From Selaginella moellendorffii (taxonomy: Eukaryota; Plantae; Lycopodiophyta), in the NCBI RefSeq assembly GCF_000143415.4, contig NW_003314334.1, positions 62,001-126,000 on the forward strand: a DNA stretch of 64,000 nucleotides, given 5' to 3'. Of this stretch, positions 26,256-40,700 are shown in pieces. Made by a program: the position numbers and the translations under genes. Below the pieces are notes generated by a model. That model made no database searches, had not been told where the DNA came from, and saw nothing but the letters and a program-made list of their open reading frames with translations. The first letter of the stretch is position 1. Each line of letters opens with the position of its first letter.

Positions 26256-27241
26256 ACTCCCACGTGTCATGTGTTGGTCCTTTTGGGTCCCTTTTTGGAG
26301 CCTCACCTTTTGCTCGCTTCGTGCTCGTTCCTCGAGCACTTCGTTGGGAGTTCCACTCCCGCTCTTGACTTTTCAAGTCGGAGCTTTTGGTCCAAACGTG
26401 TTACGCTCGTTTGGCTCTCGCTTCGGCCACTACCATGTGGCGCCCTTCCGGCTCCACTTTGGGGCCTAGGGATTTTGTGTCTCACAACTCCACCACCCAT
26501 AGACGAAGTTTGATGTCCTCATCGAACTGTAAACCCTTTCATAAAGTAACACCCACACGTGTTACCATTTCCATCTTTGGCACCTAGCCAATCTTTGTCT
26601 ATGGTTTGACATCAAAGGCTCACCATGCCTTGTCCATCCTTTAAGGAGCGTAGTCTCTCCAACTTAGAGACTGATTGGACCACATGTAATGGTTCTCTCC
26701 TTTTATTGGTTTAGTTCTCGCTAAACCTCTTAGAGACCCTTCTCTAAGTCAATCCCACTACTCCTTCTCGAGTAGTCTCAATTTCCATCGATATAACCTT
26801 TGCACTTTGGAACTTTGAATTTTGACTTCTTGGAGTCAATTTCCTAGGTGTCTCCAACACCTTGCATTGCACAGTTTGTGCGACTCCACTTCCCTATCCT
26901 AGGAAGTTCATTACTTGAGGGCACCATCATCCTCTCTTCTATTTCGTGCCACCTTGGGCACTAAGTTCCATTTATCACACTTTGTGCTAGGGTTGTCCAT
27001 CGCTCTATCATTTGGCTACCTTACCGCTCCCTCCCTTGGAGCTTCCACTTTCGCCAAATCGGAGCAATTCGGAATCCCTCCTTGGAAACACACTTCCTTT
27101 CCCGCAACTTGTTAGCGTCCAACACATTAGTGTTCCTCGCCTAACTTTGTCACTTGGATTCCTTCCAAGGGATTCCACGGCCCTATCTTGGCCACTCATC
27201 TTTTGCTCCTATCCGTTGATTGTTGCACCAAGCAACATCAA

Positions 27242-27341
27242 NNNNNNNNNNNNNNNNNNNNNNNNNNNNNNNNNNNNNNNNNNNNNNNNNNNNNNNNNNN
27301 NNNNNNNNNNNNNNNNNNNNNNNNNNNNNNNNNNNNNNNNN
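27242..27341. other. assembly gap (100 N)
   Basis: Run of N. Confidence 1.
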
Positions 27342-30300
27342 TGAGTCTGTTCCCCCCGCACTGCACGTCTTTGCTCCAACCATCGCACGGACATGGTTTA
27401 TTTCCCTTAGGTGCTCTTCCCACTTGGTTATCACGACCAAGCCACACCACCTTAAACAGTTCAATTTCAACATTTTGAACCAGGAACTTCATTCCTTAGC
27501 CAACCAAGGACCTTGTCCTTTTCTGGCCATAAAATCACCTAGTGATCTCACCTTGGCACCTTAACAGAGTTGCCAAGAGGTACTTGGTTTTCTAGACCTC
27601 CAAGTTGTTGACTATAACCCCGGGGGCATCCCCCACACTTGGCGGTGCACCCAAGCTAGCCCTTACGGCCAAGGGTTCATAGCAACTGAGATTAGGTGTC
27701 CCCATCTCACTCACCACAACCTTGGTGCCACTTGCACCAAAGTGTTCAAGTTAGATATGCTGAGCTTTCACACTAAGCAATCTAACCATGCATCACGACT
27801 CCGAGGCATCCCTCGCTTGGCGGTGTGCCCAAACCAGTCTCCCCACTGAGAGTCCATGACCACCGAAATATGAGTGTCCTCATATTCCAAACCATCACCA
27901 CGCCCTAGTGATTTGGGACTCGAACCCAAGCACTAGAGGGTCGGGACTCGAACCCAACCTCCGTATATGCATCTACGGACGGCATCACACTAGATGCCTG
28001 GCGTGACTCCCCACGCCGGTGCACCAACCTATTTTTAAAGCGCGCTACAGATCACAGCTTAGGAACCTAGTTCCTCCACACTGCCAAGTCCTCTCACTTG
28101 ACATGTCTGTGATCATGCATGGACTCCTCCATGCTCGGGCCCCTAGCCCACCCTTTTTGAAGATATCACCTTCAACTAGGGTCTTTGTTCCCCCGACATG
28201 CCAATCTCACTTGGCAAGTCCTCCGACCATTGTAACATGGTTCCTGCATAAGCGTGAAAGTCCTTGACCATCGACTTTCGTTCAAAGCCCTCTCTTTGAA
28301 CACTCGGGAACTACTTCCCTAACCTTGATAACCTTGCCTCATGGCAAGCTTCAAGACCACGCTTCTGCTGCGCCACTCTGATTTCGCGCGTTCCATGAAC
28401 CATTTACACTTGGCCTTTCTAGGTACTACGCTACCTAGAATCGTCTTTGGGAACCTTGAAGGAACTCTGTCCCTTAGCTTGCTAAGGCCTCCCCTTTCGC
28501 AAGCTTTATAGTTGCCATATAGTCTAACATGGACAATTCCACATTTTAGACTCTCCATGGCATCACGGTTGCTAACAACAACATCCTCGAGCACTCTCTT
28601 GATTCTCCACTCCCAACTTTCATAACCACTGTTGGATATGCCCTTTGATTTCTATGGTTCAGTTCCATCCCAACACTACTTGCCTTTGGCTTCACACCTT
28701 TCCTTCGGTCATTCTCCTCCAGACCAGGAGGATAGCTTTGCACTTTCTATCATGCCTTAGCAAGTATTCTTAGGGATGAACCTACCCAATAGCCCAAGGA
28801 GTGGTTCCTCAATCCGGGTATGCTCAGCTTATAATCCCACACACTGGGGTTACATTGTTGGTTATGGGCCTTTACATGCCCATCACTAGCCTTGCCAAAA
28901 TTCCAATTTTGGCTTTGTCCAACTTGGGTAGACAGTCCTCTCCTATTTTCGCAACCTTGAACATTTGGATAGCACCTTCTATCCATCATTCGCTAGGGAC
29001 TTAGTCCCTTGGGCTTTATCCATTGCCCTCGCGACATCAAACACCACCTTCTGGTGTTCTATAGTGTTCGGGTGTCCCAATGATGGCTTTCTTGACAATG
29101 AGTATTTCCTTTTATGACATTGACTTACTATATCGTAACATAAGCAACTTATCCCCCGTAAGGGTATATCCGACTTCCCTATACTAGAAGTCTTGGGTAG
29201 CTACCTTCTACCCGTTTAACCAGTTATTTTGCACCTCTTGCTTAGTTGCCTCATAGTTGTCAAGTCCTACAACTCATTGCTTGGTGCTTTCACACCTCCA
29301 TCACTATCTGGGTCACCACACTCCAACTGCATGCTCTACAGCTTAGGCTATGCCATTCCCATTTCCATTGGGATTCCTTTGGCAAGGGGTTCTCATGAAC
29401 CCACCAACATAGCCTCAAGGTATCACACCTTGGCACATTTGGTGTCTCCACACCATCGGCTCCACGAGCCTACCTCTATGACATTTCCCTTCGTGTCTAA
29501 GTCTTTGCCAAGACCAACACCGCTCTTTCTCATGCCAACCATCTGTTAGCACTGCCCCATAGAGGTCACACACAACTTTATGTCAAAGTTTTTTTCTTCT
29601 GGGAACACCTTTCTCATAACTTTAGCATGGCACATTTTGCCATTGATGAGATACTCTCTGTTCTCATCCTTGGATCCTATGATCCCCCCCCATCCTTTGT
29701 GGGGTATAACGCACCTCAGTCCAAATGCTTCATTCAGTCCTTTTTAGGACCATCCCTTGACTCTACTTGAGTCGTCTAGCAGTTTTGGACTTGGTTAATC
29801 CACCGACCCGTAAGGTCCTACTTGTGAGGCACTAGCTCACTGGAATACACATCTTGCATTCTGGTCCTACTCAAAAGGACTATTTTCACAATTGTTACTC
29901 CGACACTTGATTTTGTTCTCTGGGGGCAACCTTTGCCCCTTAGGACTACTTGTCCATGTGATGAGAATACCAACTCATCCACTTAATACACCCCCAACTC
30001 CTTGGGTTGTTCCAGCATTTATTAGAGGTAGCCCCGGCTACCATTTCAAGGACTTGAGTCCTCTTCCGTATTTGACCATCCACGGTCATTACCTTTGGTC
30101 TCACATTCATGAGCACCAACCTCAACTATATGAGGATAATCTTGTGACTCCTTTATTATTTTGGAGTCTCTATCTTTCTCGTGATCCCAACTTTAGTTGT
30201 TTACCACAACAACCTAAGCCAATTTGCTGAGACAAATGCTCATCCGGATCACATCCTCAACTCAATGAGGAAAACCTTGCACTGTTCCCAAGATCCCAAA

Positions 30301-32776
30301 GTCGTTCCATTATTGGCCCTTTTCTATCCACCACCTCGTCTACAAGTTCACACATGAACTGTAATGGAGAGCCATGTCTTCCAGACTTGCTACTCTTCAA
30401 GGATAGGCCCACTCCTCGGACCTTCCGATGCCAACACTAGTGGTGATATACTTGAGCACCAATAAAAGTCGGACTAAGGAACAGCTCTGATACCAAATTG
30501 TAAGCGACTAAATTTTCCATTTTACTTTAGTCACTTAACCACATGTCTGACCACTTGGAGGAGTCTCATTGACAACCTCCATAAGTCCAACTCAGGACTT
30601 GGGGCTTGCTAGCCCCGAGAATGGCATCCATGCCACTCAACCTTAGCACTTGGTCCAAGTGCTCCACGTGTCCGATCCCATGATCGACACCCCAAGGTAT
30701 CACCGACGTACCGGCCCGTTACGCTAAGGCCATGCCCATTTACCTTGGTCACACTGGTGGTCCAACACCACTTGCATCTCCGTCTTGGCCCTCCAAGACT
30801 AGGCAAACCATCCGTGAGTGGTCATCTCAGATCCACTCCTTAGCATCCTTAGGATGCCCACCGATAAGGGGAATAGCCTTCCCCAATATCCCTCTGTCAG
30901 TCCCCACTAAGTCCCTTTCTGCCCCTGGCCGTGTTTGCCAACACTGCCACTGGATCGAGACCCACAGGCCCGACCACTAAGTCCTACGGTCCTCTGGGAC
31001 TTCCTCACCACACGACTATGTCCTTGGTCACTACCCCAGAGGACTGCTCCTCTTCCTTTCCACAGTCTGGGCCTTTGGGACAACATTTCGGAACACCGTG
31101 GCCTTATGCGAGCCACCTGGGTACTCTCCTCGCCTTCTGCCCTTGGGTGCTCTAGCCATGGGCTTAGAGCGGGTTCCATTGAGCCACACCAGGTATCCAA
31201 GTAGGTAGTGCCACCCACACTTGGACTGGGAGCATCGGCCAGTCGATCTCCCGGGGGAACTAGAGCCGGCTCTTGAACACTTCACCAAGCTACCCCGCTT
31301 GTCGGTCCGTGTTCACTCTAGTCTTGGACTTCCCAGTGGGCATCTCATCACCCAACACTGGGTCCGGCCTTCCTGGGCCAAACTGGCCTTTCCTGGCCAA
31401 ACTGGCTCCACTGCAGTCCTCCCCCTACTATACTTTTGGAGCTCACCAAACCCCCCAGGGTCTGGGAGACGAACGCTTTGGGCTTTCACCCTCTCAGGCT
31501 CCGGACTCGGACTCGGACTCGGACTTGGACTCGGACTCGGATTCGGACTCAGACTCGGCCTCGGGCTCGGTCTCGGCCTCGGCCTCGGTCTCGGTCTCGG
31601 TCCCGATCTCGGTCTCAGTCTCGGTCTCGGTCCCGGTCTCGGTCCCGGTCTCGGTCTCGACTTCGGACTCCATCTCGGACTCCATCTCGGACTCCATCTC
31701 GGATCCATCTCGGGTCCATCTCGGACTCCATCTCGGACTCCATCTCGGGTCCATCTCGGACTCCATCTCGGACTGCATTTCGGGTCCATCTCGGACTCCA
31801 TTTTGGGTCCATCTCGGGTCCACCTCGGACTCCACCTCGGACTCCATCTCGGACTCCATCTCTGGTCCATCTCGGACTCCACTTCGGACTCCAACTCGGG
31901 TCCATCTCGGGTCCACCTCGGACTCCATCTCGGACTCCATCTCGGGTCCATCTCGGACTCCACTTCAGACTCCAACTTGGACTCCATCTCGGGTCCATCT
32001 CGGACTCCATTTCGGACTCCAACTAGAGTCCATCTCGGACACTCCCACGTGTCATGTGTTGGTCCTTTTGGGTCCCTTTTTGGAGCCTCACCTTTTGCTC
32101 GCATCATGCTCGTTCCTCGAGCACTTCGTTGGGAGTGCCACTCCCGCTCTTGACTTTTCAAGTCGGAGCTTTTGGTCCAAACGTGTTACGCTCGTTTGGC
32201 TCTCGCTTCGGCCACTACCATGTGGCGCCCTTCCGGCTCCACTTTGGGGCCTAGGGATTTTGTGTCTCACAACTCCACCACCCATAGACGAAGTTTGATG
32301 TCCTCATCGAACGGTAAACCCTTTCATAAAGTAACACCCACACGTGTTACCATTTCCATCCTTGGCACCTAGCCAATCTTTGTCTATGGTTTGACATCAA
32401 AGGCTCACCATGCCTTGTCCATCCTTTAAGGAGCGTAGTCTCTCCAACTTAGAGACTGATTGGACCACATGTAATGGTTCTCTCCTTTTATTGGTTTAGT
32501 TCTCGCTAAACCTCTTAGAGACCCTTCTCTAAGTCAATCCCACTACTCCTTCTCGAGTAGTCTCAATTTCCATCGATATAACCTTTGCACTTTGGAACTT
32601 TGAATTTTGACTTCTTGGAGTCAATTTCCTAGGTGTCTCCAACACCTTGCATTGCACAGTTTGTGCGACTCCACTTCCCTATCCTAGGAAGTTCATTACT
32701 TGAGGGCACCATCATCCTCTCTTCTATTTCGTGCCACCTTGGGCACTAAGTTCCATTTATCACACTTTGTGCTAGG

Positions 32777-33925
32777 TGTAGCGCACGTGGTTTTGACCCT
32801 TTATCCTATGGTGATTTACCATAGGATAACACCACAAAGCGGAACCTAAACCCTCTTTGTGCCACGTGACAGATGCCACGTGTCACATACCACGTGTCCA
32901 TGCCACGTGTCCATAGAAACCCAAGGTTCAGTGCCTTGGGCCACTGAACGAAGGAACGGTGCCAAACTCCCAAGCGTGACGCCAAGGAGTGATGAAACCG
33001 GACCACGGAGCAACTCCCGAGCATATAGCCCAAGGAGCAAAGGGACAGGAGCCCGGAGCGACTTGGAACAGTCCTGGAGCAACCAGCATACCAATGCCAG
33101 GACCAGCACGCAAAACGGAGCCAAACGGAGTCTGGCGCTATTTCGGCATACCGGTGGCCTAACGTGAGGATATGGGTACTCCACCAACTAGCATGGAATG
33201 GAACTTGGGCTTAGACCCAAGCCGGACGCAGAACAAGGACAGGCACGCAAGCGGGAGCTAGACTATGCCTCAGGTTGGTCGGCCATGCCCGACCTACCCA
33301 CTATCCCTACTATACATTTGGAACCCCCCATAGCCCCCCCCCCTTGAGGAACACACGCTTTGGGCTTTCACCCCAAGCCTCCCTTAGTACCAGGAGTTAG
33401 TCTCTGGGACAAGCTCGAAACTTACTAAATATGGAATGTCTTTAGAATGCGAATTTGGACACGGGACGAACACCATTGTGTTCAGGCCGATCTCTACATT
33501 CTGTAGATATGCCAAATGAGCAAATCTGGACACTTTCCATAAATAGCATTTGGGACTAAAATGAGACTAACACAAAGGGCATGATAGCGAGGGTGTTTGG
33601 CAGACACGGTAAGCTATCATCTAGCGATATTGAGGGACCAAGCTCAATATCGCGGGGGTTCCCAACACTAGCAAGTGCAAGCCAACATCATGAGTTTCTC
33701 ATCACCGTGTCAAATCTGCTTGACTAAATGACAACTTAGGATTTCCTTCCTTAGTGCCCTTCCGGTCTAAGTGCACATGTGATGACCAGTTTCTCAACTA
33801 GCTTAGGCGGAGACTAATAACGGGTCCAGCAATACCGACCTCCTGCCGTCGTGGCAGTAAGGTAAGAGTGTCCGTAAGGACTAGCCGACAGGTAACTTTC
33901 GATACCCAAAGTCACATGCGCGACA
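32777..33925 (-). mobile_element. family B solo LTR inserted in family A internal region
   Basis: TG..CA, ~1149 bp, TSD CTAGG/TTAGG; the empty site is visible near 26986. Confidence 0.9.
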
Positions 33926-34182
33926 TTAGGGTTGTCCATCGCTCTATCATTTGGCTACCTTACCGCTCCCTCCCTTGGAGCTTCCACTTTCGCCAAATCG
34001 GAGCAATTCGGAATCCCTCCTTGGAAACACACTTCCTTTCCCGCAACTTGTTAGCGTCCAACACATTAGTGTTCCTCGCCTAACTTTGTCACTTGGATTC
34101 CTTCCAAGGGATTCCACGGCCCTATCTTGGCCACTCATCTTTTGCTCCTATCCGTTGATTGTTGCACCAAGCAACATCAAAT

Positions 34183-35407
34183 CTCCGAGTGGAGTCCGAT
34201 GGAGTCCGAATTTGAGACTGAGACTGAGACTGAGACCGGGACTGAGACTGAGACCGGGACTGAGACTGAGACTGAGACCGGGACTGAGACCGAGACCGGG
34301 ACTGAGACCGAGACTGAGACCGGGACCAAGATCGAGACCGAGGCCGAGGCCAAGACCAAGCCCAAGCCCGAGTCCGAGTCCGAGTCTGAGTTTGAGTTTG
34401 AGTCTGAGAGGGTGGAAGCCCAAAGCATTCATCTCCCAGACCCTGGGGGGTTTGGTGAGCTCCAAAAGTATAGTAAGAGGAGGACTCTAGAGGAGCCAGT
34501 TTGGTTAACAAAGGCCAGTTTGGCCCAGGAAGGCTGTGCCCAGATGTTGGGTGATGGGATCACCACTAGGAAGTCCAAGGCTAGAGTGAATATAGACTGA
34601 CAAGCAGGGTAGCTTGGTGAAGTATTCAAGGGCCAACTTTAGTTCTTCTAGGAGATCTAATAGCCAATGCTCCCAGTCCAAGTGTGGGTGGCACTACCTA
34701 CTTAGATACCTAGCGTGGCTCAATAGAACCTCGCTCTAAGCCCATGGCTAGAGCACCTAAAGGTGGAAGGTGGGGAGAGTACCCACGGGGCTCGTGTAGG
34801 GCCACGGTGTTTTGAAATGTTATCCCGAAGTCCCAAACTGGGGAAAGGAGGAGGAGTAGTCCTCCAATGTAGTGACTAAGGATACGGTCATATGGTGAGG
34901 AAGTCCCAAAGGACAATGGGACTTAGTGGTTGAGCCTACGGTCCTTGATTTAGTGGCAATGTTGGCGAACATGGACATGGACGGAAAAGGGACTTGGTAG
35001 GAACTGACAAAAGGGATATTGGGGAGGGCTATTCCCCATGTCTGTAGGCATCCTAAGGATGCTAAGGAGTGAATCTAGGATGCCCGCTCGTGAACAGATG
35101 GCCCAGTCTTGGAGAGACGGGACTGTGATGCAAGTGGTGTTGGACCACTAGTGTGGCAAAGGTGAAGGGGCATGGCCTTAGCATAACGGGCCAATATGTC
35201 AGTGGTACTTTTGGCTATCAGTCTTGGGATTGGACACGTGGAGCACTTGTACCAAGTGCAATGATTGAGTGGCATGGATGCCATTCTTGGGGCTAGCAAG
35301 TCCCTAAGTCCAGAATGGGACTTATGGAGGTTGTGAGTGAGACTCCTCCAAGAGGTTGAAGGTATGATTAAGTGACTAAAGTAGAATGGAAAAATTAGTC
35401 GCTTACA
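34183..35407 (+). repeat. 3' part of an older family A LTR
   Basis: Ends GTCGCTTACA; closely matches 45600-46731. Confidence 0.85.
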
Positions 35408-36474
35408 CATAGCAGTATTAACAGCAACATTTGAGGAAGTCTTCAGCTTGAAACTAGCTCTCTCTAGACTTTCCATCTCTTCTTTCAAAAGATTGTAGCT
35501 TCGCTCAACTGACCACTCCTCTGGCACAGAATCTGGCTTTGAGATAATTGAGTTGCTGATCTGGTTTCTATGAGAACATCAATCCCACTATAGTAAATCC
35601 AACTTGACTGGTGGCCCTTTACCCTTAGATCTCGATAGCCCCAGAAACATGGTACTGTTGAAGAACTTGAACCTGAGCGCACAAATGCAAGACACTGACC
35701 TCGACTCCCAATCATTCTGGAGCAATGTGCATTACTCTTGGCACTAACTCTTCGAATTGCCTAGTTGATATGAGAAACTGGCTTATGAGCAATAATCTTC
35801 TCAACCTCTAGCACTGAATTTACTTGTGTAACAATTGGCACCTCCTCTACTCCGTGTTCCTTAGTTCTTCTATAGTGTCGTGGAACAAAATGGTAGTCAA
35901 ACTCTGGACAGTGAGAGCTAGAAGGAGTGATGTTGGGCCCATCAAATTGTAAAAGACTAATTTTTCCATCCTACTTTAGTCACTTAACCACACCTCTGAC
36001 CACTTGGAGGAGTCTCATTCACAACCTCCTTAAGTCCAGTTCAGGACTTGGGACCTTCTAGCCTTGAGAATGGCATCCATACCACTCATCCTTTGCACTT
36101 GGTCCAAGTGCTCTACATGTCTGGTCCCAAGACCAACACCCCAAGGTACCACCAACATACAAGTCCATTACGCTAAAGCCATGCCCATTCAAGTTCGTAC
36201 CACCGGTGGTTCAGCACCACCTGCATGTAAGCCACAAATTTTTCCTTTCTAATTTGCCAGTTTATCTCGTCTATCCGACCAACACCGCCTTGGCTTTTGC
36301 TAAGTTCCCTCGCCAAGGTTCCCACGTATTGCACCAGCTTCTACTTGGTCCTATTTGGTTTGAGCTACTCATTGCACGAGTAACGGAGCATTAGCCATTC
36401 ATCTACGGATTCCCAAATCTCTCCCAATCCCCCTCCTCGGATTAGACTGGACTTAAGGTTGGGCTACAATCTAG

Positions 36475-37695
36475 CACCTTATAGTCGTTCACTCCCTTGA
36501 AGATTGGTGGGGGCTTTGGTTTGTACTTGGGAACAACCCCAGGGACTGATTCCACTTCGGTTTGTTCAACCTTGTTTGGTTCTGCCTCAGTCCCTACCGA
36601 AGGGTCCGCACCTTCTACGCTACCAGCATCCGCAGTCTTTTGCTTTTGCTTCTGATTTTTGTCACACTTTAGCTTGCGTACGAGAGTCTCTAGCAGGGCA
36701 TTGGTCTGTGCCAATTGTCCTTTTAGAACAGCCAATCGAGCCTTGGACGATCGAATCGGACTCCTGCTTGGAAGTTTCCTCACTGGAGTCCTCCTCATGC
36801 AAGAATTCCTCATCCATAGCCTCTTGTTCGACCAAAGGCTCCAGCTCTGGTCGAGGTTTTGTCTCTGCCTTGGTTTGTTTCCTCCTTGCCTTTGCCATCT
36901 CCTAGCAATCCACCTCTATCCTTCGCTAGAATTGAGGAAAAGGCTCCGATACCAAATTGTAAGCCACAAATTTTTCCTTTCCAATTTGCCAACTTACCTT
37001 GTCTATCCAACCAACATTGCCTTGGCTTTTGCTAAGTTCTCTCACCAAGGTTCCCGCCTCTTACACCAGCTCCTACTTGGTCCTACTTGGTTTCAGCTAT
37101 TCACTGCACGAGCAACGGGGTGTTAGCCATCCATCCACAGATTCCTAAATCTCTCCCAGTCCCCCTCCCCAGGTTAGATTAGACTTAAGGTTCAGCTACA
37201 CTCCTCGCAGACACAAGCAACCAAGCACACCAAGCCTCTATGTTCCTAACGCCCCTTGGTACAACAAGACTTGTTCATGGGACCTTCCAAATCCCAAGCC
37301 TTGGGTGCAACACTTGCTTCGGGATATCGGGGTGAAACACCATGGCCTAACGGCCCAGTATAGGTACCTCTACCCCCCCACTTCTATCCCGAAGGGAAGG
37401 CCCAAGCCCCTAGGAAGGGCGAGGACCAATGAGCCACTAGGTACTCAAATGGGGCACCACTCCATATGAGCCAAGAGCACACAGTCGATTTCCCTTTTGG
37501 GAGTGGGAGCTGCTCTTGAGCACTTCCTTGGGTGGCCCCTCCGGCACCACCCGAGTCCATACTCACTCCCACCCAAGGCCCCTCGGCCCCAGTCTCAACC
37601 TCAAGTCAGTTTGGAAGCACCACTGGAGAGTTCCTTCAAGACTGGTTCCTAGACCTCACTATCCCTACTATACTTTTGGAACGCCCTGCAGCACC
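36475..37695 (-). mobile_element. second family C fragment (truncated LTR 36958-37695, PBS, gag N-terminus)
   Basis: Diverged copy of 22105-23330; PBS GCTCCGATACCA on the plus strand near 36943-36954. Confidence 0.8.
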
Positions 37696-37729
37696 CAGGA
37701 CATCAAACTTCGTTTATGGGTGGTGGCGT

Positions 37730-40700
37730 TGTGAGACACAAAATTCCTAGGCCCCAAAGTGGAGCCGAAAGGCTGCCACGTGGTAGTGGCTGAAGCGAAA
37801 GCTTAACAAGCATAACATGTTTGGACCAAAAGCTCCGACTTGAAAGGTTGAGAATGGGAGTGGAACTCCCAACGAAGTGCTCAAGGAACTGTGAGACACA
37901 AAATCCCTAGGCCCCAAAGTGGAGCCGGAAGGGCGCCACATGGTAGTGGCCGAAGCGAGAGCCAAACGAGCGTAACACGTTTGGACCAAAAGCTCCGACT
38001 TGAAAAGTCAAGAGCGGGAGTGGAACTCCCAACGAAGTGCTCGAACAACAAGCACAAAGCGAGCAAAAGGTGAGGCTCCAAAAAGGGACCCAAAAGGACC
38101 AACACATGACACGTGGGAGTGTCCGAGATGGACTCTAGTTGGAGTCCAAAATGGAGTCCGAGATGAACCCGAGATGGAGTCCGAGTTGGAGTCCGAAGTG
38201 GAGTCCAAGATGGACCCGAGATGGAGTCCGAGGTGGACCCGAGATGGACCCAAGTTGGAGTCCGAAGTGGAGTCCGAGATGGACCCGAGATGGAGTCCGA
38301 GATGGAGTCCGAGGTGGAGTCTGAGGTGGACCAGAGATGGACCCGAAATGGAGTCCGAGATGGACCCGAAATGCAGTCCGAGATGGAGTCCGAGATGGAC
38401 CCGAGATGGAGTCCGAGATGGACCCGAGATGGACCCGAGATGCACCCGAGATGGAGTCCGAGATGGAGTCCGAGATGGAGTCCAAAGTCGAGACCGAGAC
38501 CGGGACCAAGACCGGGACCGAGACCGAGACCGAGATCGGGACCGAGACCGAGACCGAGGCCGAGGCCAAGACCGAGCCCGAGCCCGAGTCCGAGTCCGAG
38601 TCTGAATCCGAGTCCGAGTCCGAGTCCGAGTCCGAGTCCGGAGCCTGAGAGGGTGAAAGCCCAAAGCGTTCGTCTCCCAGACCCTGGGGGGTTTGGTGAG
38701 CTCCAAAAGTATAGTAGGGGGAGGACTGCAGTGGAGCCAGTTTGGCCAGGAAAGGCCAGTTTGGCCCAGGAAGGCCGGACCCAGTGTTGGGTGATGAGAT
38801 GCCCACTGGGAAGTCCAAGACTAGAGTGAACACGGACCGACAAGCGGGGTAGCTTGGTGAAGTGTTCAAGAGCCGGCTCTAGTTCCCCCGGGAGATCGAC
38901 TGGCCGATGCTCCCAGTCCAAGTGTGGGTGGCACTACCTACTTGGATACCTGGTGTGGCTCAATGGAACCCGCTCTAAGCCCATGGCTAGAGCACCCAAG
39001 GGCAGAAGGCGAGGAGAGTACCCAGGTGGCTCGCGTAAGGCCACGGTGTTCCGAAATGTTGTCCCAAAGGCCCAGACTGTGGAAAGGAAGAGGAGCAGTC
39101 CTCTGGGGTAGTGACCAAGGACACAGTCGTGTGGTGAGGAAGTCCCAGAGGACCGTAGGACTTAGTGGTCGGGCCTGTGGGTCTTGATCCAGTGGCAGTG
39201 TTGGCAAACACGGCCAGGGGCAGAAAGGGACTTAGTGGGGACTGACAGAGGGATATTGGGGAAGGCTATTCTCCTTGTCGGTGGGCATCCTAAGGATGCT
39301 AAGGAGTGGATCTGAGATGACCACTCACGGATGGTTTGCCTAGTCTTGGAGGGCCAAGACGGAGATGCAAGTGGTGTTGGACCACCAGTGTGACCAAGGT
39401 AAATGGGCATGGCCTTAGCGTAATGGGCCGGTACGTCGGTGATACCTTGGGGTGTCGATCATGGGATCGGACACGTGGAGCACTTGGACCAAGTGCTAAG
39501 GTTGAGTGGCATGGATGCCATTCTCGGGGCTAGCAAGCCCCAAGTCCTGAGTTGGACTTATGGAGGTTGTCAATGAGACTCCTCCAAGTGGTCAAACATG
39601 TGGTTAAGTGACTAAAGTAAAATGGAAAATTTAGTCGCTTACAATTTGGTATCAAAGCTGTTCCTTAGTCCGACTTTTATTGGTGCTCAAGTATATCACC
39701 ACTAGTGTTGGCATCGGAAAGTCCGAGGAGTGGGCCTATCCTTGAGGAGTAGCAAGTCTGGAAGACATGGCTCTCCATTACAGTTCATGTGTGAACTTGT
39801 AGACGAGGTGGTGGATAGCAAAGGGCCAATAATGGAACGACTTTGGGATCTTGGGAACAGTGCAAGGTTTTCCTCATTGAGTTGAGGATGTGATCCGGAT
39901 GAGCATTTGTCTCAGCAAATTGGCTTAGGTTTTTGTGGTAAACAACTAAAGTTGGGATCACGGGAAAGATAGAGACTCCAAAACAATAAAGGAGTCACAA
40001 GATTATCCTCATATAGTTGAGGTTGGTGCTCATGAATGTGAGACCAAAGGTAATGACTGTGGAAGGTCAAATATGGAAGAGGACTCAAGTCCTTGAAATG
40101 GTAGCCGGGGCTACCTCTAATAAATGCTGGAACAACCCAAGGAGTTGGGGGTGTATTAAGTGGATGAGTTGGTATTCTCATCACATGGACAAGTAGTCCT
40201 AAGGGGCAAAGGTTGCCCCCAGAGAACAAAATCAAGTGTCGGAGTAACACTTGTGAAAATAGTCCTTTTGAGTAGGACCGGAATGCAAGATGTGTATTCC
40301 AGTGAGCTAGTGCCTCACAAGTAGGACCTTACGGGTCGGTGGATTAACCAAGTCCAAAACTGCTAAACGACTCAAGTAGAGTCAAGGGATGGTCCTAAAA
40401 AGGACTGAATGAAGCATTTGGACTGAGGTGCGTTGTACCCCACAAAGGATGGGGGGGGGATCATAGGATCCAAGGATGAGAACAGAGAGTATCTCATCAA
40501 TGGCAAAATGTGCCATGCTAAAGTTATGGGAAAGGTGTTCCCAGAAGAAAACAACTTTGACATAAAGTTGTGTGTGACCTCTATGGGGCAGTGCTAACAG
40601 ATGGTTGGCATGAGAAAGAGCGGTGTTGGTCTTGGCAAAGACTTAGACACGAAGGGAAATGTCATAGAGGTAGGCTCGTGGAGCCGATGGTGTGGAGACA

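Larger units (their letters stand above)
24802..34182 (-). mobile_element. young family A tandem array: LTR (24802-26486), internal, LTR (30499-32271), truncated internal
   Basis: The middle LTR has a PPT on one side (32272+) and the tRNA-Met PBS on the other (~30484-30495). Near-identical to the reverse complement of 37890-45454. Confidence 0.85.

Noticed and set aside
25524-26513. Long GL-, SD- and RS-repeat ORFs on both strands (also ~31.2-32.3, 37.9-38.9, 43.6-44.7, 49.2-49.9 and 52.6-53.5 kb)
   Set aside because: Artefacts of stop-free 6/11/12-mer tandem arrays in family A LTRs; they are open in most frames and vary in length between copies.
35740-35830. Chromodomain remnant (LEVEKIIAHK on the minus strand)
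   Set aside because: No following YLVKW-type motif could be found in frame; too weak to call.
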